A model generated the notes under the pieces. The model did not search any database and was not told the DNA's origin. It worked only from the letters and a program-made list of their open reading frames with translations. The translations under genes and the position numbers were made by a program. DNA of 64,000 bases from an uncultured delta proteobacterium (GTDB lineage Bacteria; Myxococcota_A; Polyangia; Fen-1088): the NCBI GenBank assembly GCA_963755125.1, contig CAVWIP010000017.1, positions 160,001-224,000 on the forward strand, given 5' to 3'. Position 1 is the first letter of the stretch; every line of letters starts with the position of its first letter. Of the stretch, positions 57,761 to 64,000 are shown one piece after another.

Positions 57761-58216
57761 ATGAGCACACTAAAGGAGATTCTGGGGCCGCCCGCAACGC
57801 GCAAGCAGGTGGTGGCTGACTGCGAACGGATCATTGAGGAGGAAGTCGCCGCGAAAGGCTTGATGGGCATACCGATCAAGGCTGCCTACGCGGTGGTCAA
57901 GGCTATCAAGCCGGGGTTCATCCCGGAAGTGATAGACGGACTGCTCGACGATTTTGCCGATCGCCTGGACCCGTTCTACCAGGCCGCACTCGCCAAGAAT
58001 GAGCCGGTCCCTGCGTACCTGAACGCGCGCGCCAGCGAGGTCGCCGAGGCGCTCTTGGGCATTACCGACCAGCGCGCGCAGCGGTCGAAGAACCAGATCG
58101 TCAGGGGCGCCTACGACAAGCTGCGGCCCATGGCCAAGAAGCACACCGAGGCGGCCATTCCGCGGGTGAGCCGCATGGTGGCGAAGTACGCCAGCACCGC
58201 TGCGACGGCCACGTAG
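57761..58216 (+). CDS. Conserved hypothetical protein (DUF6918-like)
   Basis: 'VVADC..IIEEEV..KG..G..IK.AY.VVK.IKPG'; codon usage fits the genome. Confidence 0.75.
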   Translation: MSTLKEILGPPATRKQVVADCERIIEEEVAAKGLMGIPIKAAYAVVKAIKPGFIPEVIDGLLDDFADRLDPFYQAALAKNEPVPAYLNARASEVAEALLGITDQRAQRSKNQIVRGAYDKLRPMAKKHTEAAIPRVSRMVAKYASTAATAT

Positions 58217-58400
58217 AGCGACCGGAGTCGGGACCGGAACCGAAACCGGAGCCAGCCACTTTCTTCGGGGGCTTCGGGACGGACAGTCCACCCGCCTGCC
58301 CCCGCGCGCTTCGCGTGCCCGTCGCGGCCACGGCCACGGATTTCGTGCACCGTCATTCCGGGCGACCTCCGGTCGCTGCACAGGCTACACTGAGGCATCC

Positions 58401-58868
58401 GTGCCCTCCCTCCACATCGTGCTCGTCGAGCCGGAGATCCACTGGAACACCGGCAACATCGGTCGCACTTCCTTGGCCGTGGGAGCGACTCTACATCTGG
58501 TCGAGCCGCTGGGGTTCACGCTCGAAGATCGCCATCTTCGGCGTGCGGGCCTGGACTACTGGCCCCGGGTGCGACTGCGCGTGTGGCCGGACTGGCCAGC
58601 CTTGCAGGCCGAGTTGCCCCGCATGGGTGCGCCTTTCTTCTTCACCGCATCGGCCGAGCGCACGTTGTGGGACATCGAATTCCCGGAAGACGTGGTCGTG
58701 GTTTTCGGCCGCGAGAGCGTGGGCCTGCCGGCCGAAATTCTGGCCCGCTACGCCGATCGAACCGCTCGCATCCCCATGGTGGATCCGGCCCTGCGGTCGC
58801 TGAACATATCCACCGCCGCGGGTGTCGTCGTGTACGAGGTCGCAAGGCAGTGGCAGAGGCGGGCGTGA
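58401..58868 (+). CDS. trmL: tRNA (cytidine(34)-2'-O)-methyltransferase
   Basis: 'EPEIHWNTGNIGR', 'RRAGLDYW', 'FGRES.GLP', 'RSLN'. Confidence 0.93.
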   Translation: MPSLHIVLVEPEIHWNTGNIGRTSLAVGATLHLVEPLGFTLEDRHLRRAGLDYWPRVRLRVWPDWPALQAELPRMGAPFFFTASAERTLWDIEFPEDVVVVFGRESVGLPAEILARYADRTARIPMVDPALRSLNISTAAGVVVYEVARQWQRRA

Positions 58869-58962
58869 TGGGCGAAAGATTGGGTCTGTCTGGCTGGTGC
58901 TCTAATATGGGGTTCGCTTTGCCCTTCGGCCCCCCACGCCCACCCATACGGAATCTCGGCCG

Positions 58963-60936
58963 ATGACCACGAAAGTGCTTCGCCTCGGACGTTTCCAGAC
59001 AGAGGCCCTGCTGGGAGAGGGCGGGACCACGGAAACCTACCGTGCGCGACTCGCCGACACGAAGCCAGACGCCGACGCGCGCCGTTTCGTGGTGACCTTG
59101 TTGCGCGGCGAGAGTGGGCGCCCTGATGCGCAGTTGGCGGCCCGCTTCGTCGAGGCGGCGCGTCGGCTGGCTGGGCTCGACCAGTCAGGGTTCGTGCGCG
59201 TGGTCGAGCTGTGCGAAGGGCCTGGCCAGATCTACGCGGCATGCGAGTTCAAGGCCGGCGTGGATCTGGCGCAGTTGCGCAGCCAGGCGGCGCCGCGCGG
59301 CTTTATGGACCCGCGCCTGGTGGGCTTGCTTGCGCAGAAGATTGCCGAACGGCTGGCTCCCCTGCACGCGCGTACGCAGGCACCGCGTGTCCACGGCGGG
59401 TTGAGCCCAGGCAACGTCCTGGTGTCGCCCGAAGGCGAGGTGTTCTTCCTCGATTGCGGTCTGGCAGAGGCGGTGCGGCCACGCGGCGACTCGTTCCTCA
59501 GCCGGTGGTTCTTTGCCGCTCCCGAGCAGCTTTCGGGGACGGCCACTACGCCCGCCTCGGACCTGTATTCGATAGGTGCTCTGATCTTCTTCCTCTTCAC
59601 CGGCAGGCCGCCCTTTGCGGCGTCCACCGCTGATGCGCTAAAGGAAAGGATCGCGGCGGGCGTGCCCGCCTTGCCGGAGATGCCACCCTCGCTTTATGCC
59701 GTGATGGCCAGGCTGTTGTCGTCAGACGCGGCTCTGCGGCCCAAGTCCGCGGCGGTGGTGGCACGCCAGATCTCGGCCGCCATGCTGGCCGCGAAGGCCG
59801 GTCCCGTGGCCGCGGCATCCGGCGCTCCCGCTTCGCCGGCCCCTGGTACGGATCGCGGCTCGACCGCTCCCACGGTCGCGGGTGTCCGATCTCCTGCGGC
59901 CGTGCCGGCGCCGGTTACGAAGCCGGCCCGAGCTGCGGAGCACGCATCCTTGGCGAGCGCCGGGTCCGTGGTTCCCTTCGCCCTCGACGACGGCATGAGA
60001 GACGACAAGCGTCCGTCCGCCGCAGTTCGTTCCGGGGCGGGCCCGCAAGCCGCCGTCCAGCCAGTCGTGCCATTTTCGCTGGAGAAAGCCTCGCCTGACG
60101 ATGCCAGCCCAGACGACGCGGAGGAAGAAGAAGATGACCCGGGAAGGGGGCTGTCGCACATCTCGGCAGACGATCCGGACGTCGGCGTGGTGTATGACGA
60201 CGACGACGATGTCGAGGAGCAGGTCGAGGTCGGGGCAGACGGAAAGGTCAGGCGCCGCCGCCGGCGGCGTGTGCGGATTCCGGCCTGGTACCGGAGCCCG
60301 CTGGCTCGCAAAATGTCACGGCTGGCGCTGGTTCCACTTACCGGTCTGCTGGTTGTTGCGGCTGTGGCGGGCGTCATCTTCTATCGGCAGTGGTCCGCGG
60401 CCCGGGCTGAGAGCGAGAGACAGAATGCGCTGGTCATGGCCGAGGCGGCCCGCCGCGCGGCCGAGCTGCGGCCGCCCAAGCCGCCCGAGCCTCCGCCCCT
60501 GCCGGCGGGCCAACTGGCGGTGAAGACCGCGCCGACCGGAGCCACGGTCTGGCTCGACGGTGTGCCAGGCCGGAGGACCCCGGTCACGCTCGTCACCACG
60601 CCGGGTTCACACCGCCTGGTGGTGACCATGCCGGGCTACCGCATGCTGCGAGACGTGGTCGACACCAGCAAGGGACTCGTGTGGCAGCGAGAGATGTTCG
60701 TGGCGCCTCGCCTCGACAGCGGGCGGGTGCCGCTGTCGGTGACCTGCAATAAAGAGGGCGTCTATCCGATATTTGTGGACGGCAGGGATTCGGGCGAACT
60801 GTGTCCCGCGAGCGATCTGCGCATCGAACCGGGGCGCCATTCCATCGGTGTCTTCGTGATCCCGCAGAACCGCATCTGGACGTTCGATCGCGAGGTCCAG
60901 CTCAACCGTCCCCACCGCATCCAGTTCAATTACTAG
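58963..60936 (+). CDS. Membrane Ser/Thr pseudokinase with PEGA-like C-terminus
   Basis: Kinase fold ('LGEGG', 'APEQ', 'SDLYS.G') but HRD is HGG, DFG is DCG and the beta3 Lys is absent; has a TM segment and 'P.GATVWLDG'. Confidence 0.82.
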   Translation: MTTKVLRLGRFQTEALLGEGGTTETYRARLADTKPDADARRFVVTLLRGESGRPDAQLAARFVEAARRLAGLDQSGFVRVVELCEGPGQIYAACEFKAGVDLAQLRSQAAPRGFMDPRLVGLLAQKIAERLAPLHARTQAPRVHGGLSPGNVLVSPEGEVFFLDCGLAEAVRPRGDSFLSRWFFAAPEQLSGTATTPASDLYSIGALIFFLFTGRPPFAASTADALKERIAAGVPALPEMPPSLYAVMARLLSSDAALRPKSAAVVARQISAAMLAAKAGPVAAASGAPASPAPGTDRGSTAPTVAGVRSPAAVPAPVTKPARAAEHASLASAGSVVPFALDDGMRDDKRPSAAVRSGAGPQAAVQPVVPFSLEKASPDDASPDDAEEEEDDPGRGLSHISADDPDVGVVYDDDDDVEEQVEVGADGKVRRRRRRRVRIPAWYRSPLARKMSRLALVPLTGLLVVAAVAGVIFYRQWSAARAESERQNALVMAEAARRAAELRPPKPPEPPPLPAGQLAVKTAPTGATVWLDGVPGRRTPVTLVTTPGSHRLVVTMPGYRMLRDVVDTSKGLVWQREMFVAPRLDSGRVPLSVTCNKEGVYPIFVDGRDSGELCPASDLRIEPGRHSIGVFVIPQNRIWTFDREVQLNRPHRIQFNY

Positions 60937-61188
60937 TTGAGCCGGAGCAGGTAGCGCAGCTTCCGCTCCGCCGACTCCTTCCCGCGGTCGACCTCGTTTT
61001 TCATGCGGCTGAGAATGTGGCGATCGCGATCGTCGATGCGGCCGTCGCGGTTCCAGTCGACCTCCCAGCACGCCAGGCACAGGTCGAACGCGAGATCGGG
61101 GAAGGCCGTAGCCTTGGCCAGATCGTCGTCGAGCGTCGCCAGTTCCTTGTCCGCGCCGCAGGATCAAGAGGAGAGCGCGAGTGGACAT
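60933..61188 (-). pseudogene. Frameshifted or deleted gene remnant with an EF-hand-like loop
   Basis: 'MSTRALLLIL' is in one frame and 'CLACWEVDWNRDGRIDDRD...LRYLLRLN*' in another. Confidence 0.45.
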
Positions 61189-61274
61189 GAGAGCCTCCGG
61201 GACGGTGTTGCGAGAGTAGCACAGGGAGGCGCGCCGCAGGCCGAGTGCGGCGTGCTTCGCGCGAGAAGGTGCCG

Positions 61275-63419
61275 TCAGTGCGGGCTCCCCGCGCCACCGG
61301 CAGTGTTGCTGGTTGGGGACGCGGCAGACGCATGCGTGAGTGTCGCGTGGGGGCGCGCAGGCCGGTGCACGAAGAAGGGGCGCGCGGCGATCCAGAGCAC
61401 CACGGCCGTGGCCGTGACCACCGCGATGGTTTTCCACCACAGGCTGCCGTCGCGCAGGCCGGGGCCGGGGACCACGGCGGTGGAGGAGGGCACCTTCAGG
61501 CCCGCCAGGCTGCTGGAGATGGTGCGCGCTTCTTCCAGGAGAGCGAGCAGGAGTTTCTTGAGGTCGTCGGCCGAACTCGGCCGCCGGGCGGCGTCCCGGG
61601 CCAGGCACTGCATGATGAGAGCATCGAGATCGTCGGGCAGATCGGACCGATAGTTACGCAGCGGTGTGGGATCCTCGGTCAGCTTGCGCTGCCAAACGTT
61701 CTGCACGTTGCTGCCCTCGATGGGACAGTGGCCGCCGCTCAGCATGAAGTAGAGCAGCCCCCCCACCGCGTAGATGTCGGCGCGAAAGTCGACCACGCCG
61801 CCCCCGCCGATCTGTTCGGGCGCCATGAAGCGCGGCGTGCCCACCGCAGCGTCGGGCACGGTCAGGTTGGGGCCGGCTTCCTCGCGCAGGAACTTGGCGA
61901 CGCCGAAGTCCAGCACCTTGACCAGATCGCCCTGTTCGTCGGAGGGCCGCACCAGCATGACGTTGGAGGGCTTGAGATCGCGGTGGATGATGCCCGCTCG
62001 GTGCGCCGCCTCGAGCGCGCGGCACACCTGGATGGCAACCAGCAACGTCCGCTCCACGGCCATGGCCCCGTCGCGCCTCACCAGTGCCTCCAGGTCGACA
62101 CCGTCGACGAACTCCATGACGAAGAAGAAGTCGCCGTCTTCCGTGGTTCCGCAGTCGGTCACATCCACCACATTGGGGTGGCCGATCTGCGAGGGCGCCA
62201 GGGCCTCGCGCTGAAAGCGGCGGGCCAGTTCAGTCTTTCGTCGTTCGGTGCGACGAGGGATCTTGATGGCCACCCGCTTGCCGATGCCGGTGTGATGGCC
62301 TTCATACACGCGCCCCATGGCGCCTTCGCCGATGCGCCGGCGCACGTGGTAGCGGTCGCCCAGCACCTTGCCGATCAGGGGATCGTTTTCCGAGGCCGCG
62401 CTGTCGCTCACTTCCAACGGCGGAACCCGGTCGCCCAATGCGGTGGCGCGCTGGAGCAGATCGCGCTGCTCGGCCATCTCGGCCCGCATCTCGGCGTCGA
62501 AGAGCTGGGCCAGAAAGGCCGCGGCCACCAGCTTGCCGCCCCCGTCACGCGGCATCTCGGCAAACAGCGCCGCGCTCATCTCCTCGCCACTGGTAAAGCG
62601 ATCAGCGGGATTGGCGGCCAGGGCCTTGCCCAGCACTTCATCCAGCTTGGCAGAGATCGCCTCGTTCAACGTGGAGGGCGGCGGAACCTTGGTGCTGGGT
62701 TGGCGCGACTGGCTGGCCGGGAAAAGTTGTCGCCCGGTGAGCAACTCCCACAGAATTATGCCCGCGGAAAACAGATCGCTGCGGTGATCGACCGGCTTGC
62801 CCAGGTACTGCTCGGGTGACATGTAGCTGACCTTGCCCCAGTTGGTGCCGGCCGCGGTCTGCGCCACCTTGTCGTTCCACTGGGCCAAGCCGAAGTCGAT
62901 GAGCTTGACCCCGCCGGTGTAGGTCAGCATCAGGTTGGACGGCGAGATGTCGCGGTGGACGAGGTTCATGCCTTCCAGCCGGTGCGCGTAGCCGAGCGCC
63001 GCCACCAGCTCGCCGATGAGGTAGATGGCCACGCCGGTGGGGAAGCCGGTGTGCTTGATGGCACAGCGGTTCCACGCCTCGGTGAAGGTCTTGCCGTGGA
63101 CGTATTCCATGGCCAGGTAGCCCTGGCGGTCGTGTATTCCGAAGTCGAAGACGTAGACCAGGTTCTCGTGCGACAGCTTCGTCACCACCTTGGCCTCGTC
63201 GAGAAAACGCTGGGTCATCTCCTCGGCGTGGCGGCCGGCCTGGAAGGTGCGCAGGATCTTCAGGGCGCACACGCGCTCGACGCCGGCCTGGCCGGTCAAG
63301 GCCATGAACACGCGGCCCATGCCGCCGCGGCCCAGTTCTTTGAGCAGCACGTAGCGCGGGCCGAAGCGCCGGGGAAAGCGCGAGGGGTCGTGTGGCTCGG
63401 TATTGGTGGGTGGAGTCAC
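61275..63419 (-). CDS. Tandem (two-domain) Ser/Thr protein kinase with C-terminal TM
   Basis: Two full motif sets: GRGGMG/ALK/HRDISPSN/DFG/SPE and GEGAMG/VAIK/HRDLKPSN/DFG/APE. Confidence 0.93.
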   Translation of the reverse strand: MTPPTNTEPHDPSRFPRRFGPRYVLLKELGRGGMGRVFMALTGQAGVERVCALKILRTFQAGRHAEEMTQRFLDEAKVVTKLSHENLVYVFDFGIHDRQGYLAMEYVHGKTFTEAWNRCAIKHTGFPTGVAIYLIGELVAALGYAHRLEGMNLVHRDISPSNLMLTYTGGVKLIDFGLAQWNDKVAQTAAGTNWGKVSYMSPEQYLGKPVDHRSDLFSAGIILWELLTGRQLFPASQSRQPSTKVPPPSTLNEAISAKLDEVLGKALAANPADRFTSGEEMSAALFAEMPRDGGGKLVAAAFLAQLFDAEMRAEMAEQRDLLQRATALGDRVPPLEVSDSAASENDPLIGKVLGDRYHVRRRIGEGAMGRVYEGHHTGIGKRVAIKIPRRTERRKTELARRFQREALAPSQIGHPNVVDVTDCGTTEDGDFFFVMEFVDGVDLEALVRRDGAMAVERTLLVAIQVCRALEAAHRAGIIHRDLKPSNVMLVRPSDEQGDLVKVLDFGVAKFLREEAGPNLTVPDAAVGTPRFMAPEQIGGGGVVDFRADIYAVGGLLYFMLSGGHCPIEGSNVQNVWQRKLTEDPTPLRNYRSDLPDDLDALIMQCLARDAARRPSSADDLKKLLLALLEEARTISSSLAGLKVPSSTAVVPGPGLRDGSLWWKTIAVVTATAVVLWIAARPFFVHRPARPHATLTHASAASPTSNTAGGAGSPH

Positions 63420-63490
63420 GGGATCAAGGTCAGAATCTACCCGTTCTGCGCCACTGGGGAAAATCCTTCGCGGGCCGCAACCCTAGAGTT

Positions 63491-64000
63491 CTACTCCCGT
63501 AGCCGTTCGGGTGGCACCAGCGGACTGGGCGCGCCGGTGACCAGCAACCACAGCTGATGCGCGGCCCGGGTCACGCCGATGTGGAACAGATGGCGGGATT
63601 CGTCGTCGATGCCGTAGCTGCTGGCGTTGGTGTCCAGCATCACCACATAGTCGAATTCCAGGCCCTTGACCTGGCGCACGTCGGTGACGTCGATGCCCGG
63701 CCGGAAGCTGAACTCCTGCGCACGCACGCGGCGCAGGCCAGGCACCTCGGCGCGGCGCAGGCCATCGAAACATCGATCCGCCTGCTCGGGGTAGCGGGCC
63801 AGCAGGGCCACGGTGGCGCGTGGCTCGCGGGCCACAAGGTCGCGCAAGGCCTCGGCAAGAAAAGCCACGGCCGCGCCGACCGCGGAAAAGCGAAAGGCCT
63901 CGACCGGGGCGCCGTGCCTCTTGGCCTCGGCCGGCACGTCGATAGGCAATGGCCCCATGGCGAAGCGGGCCAGTTCCAGGATCTCGCTGGTCAACCGGTA
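63491..64000 (-). CDS. UvrD/HelD-like SF1 helicase, C-terminal part (starts beyond window)
   Basis: 'VKGLEFDYV', 'IGVTRA'. Confidence 0.82.
   Translation of the reverse strand, partial: YRLTSEILELARFAMGPLPIDVPAEAKRHGAPVEAFRFSAVGAAVAFLAEALRDLVAREPRATVALLARYPEQADRCFDGLRRAEVPGLRRVRAQEFSFRPGIDVTDVRQVKGLEFDYVVMLDTNASSYGIDDESRHLFHIGVTRAAHQLWLLVTGAPSPLVPPERLRE

Overview
This is GC-rich chromosomal DNA from a probable Myxococcota bacterium, inferred from a TIGR04563-like protein, a giant TPR protein, FHA proteins, Ser/Thr kinases and orphan T3SS genes. The housekeeping backbone carries dsbA-like, nuoABCD-G-HI (no nuoEF or nuoJ-N in the window), mreBCD-mrdA-rodA, ppiD, murI, glycogen genes, typA, hinT, surA, mfd, dksA, cysQ, trmL and a partial UvrD-like helicase. 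The main accessory region (about 7.1-12.6 kb) is a decayed integron with a truncated, co-oriented intI and four cassettes ending in attC sites. Cassette 1 holds an unannotated 50-aa (Pro-Pro-X)n peptide, a DUF5343-like gene and a PD-(D/E)XK nuclease split by a complete IS3, and is a candidate defence module. Two families of small palindromic DNA also stand out: a ~75-bp element inserted in frame inside protein-coding sequence (an MFS loop and the intI 5' end), and a ~160-bp hairpin repeat with compensatory base changes between copies. All family assignments come from motif recognition by eye, not from database searches.
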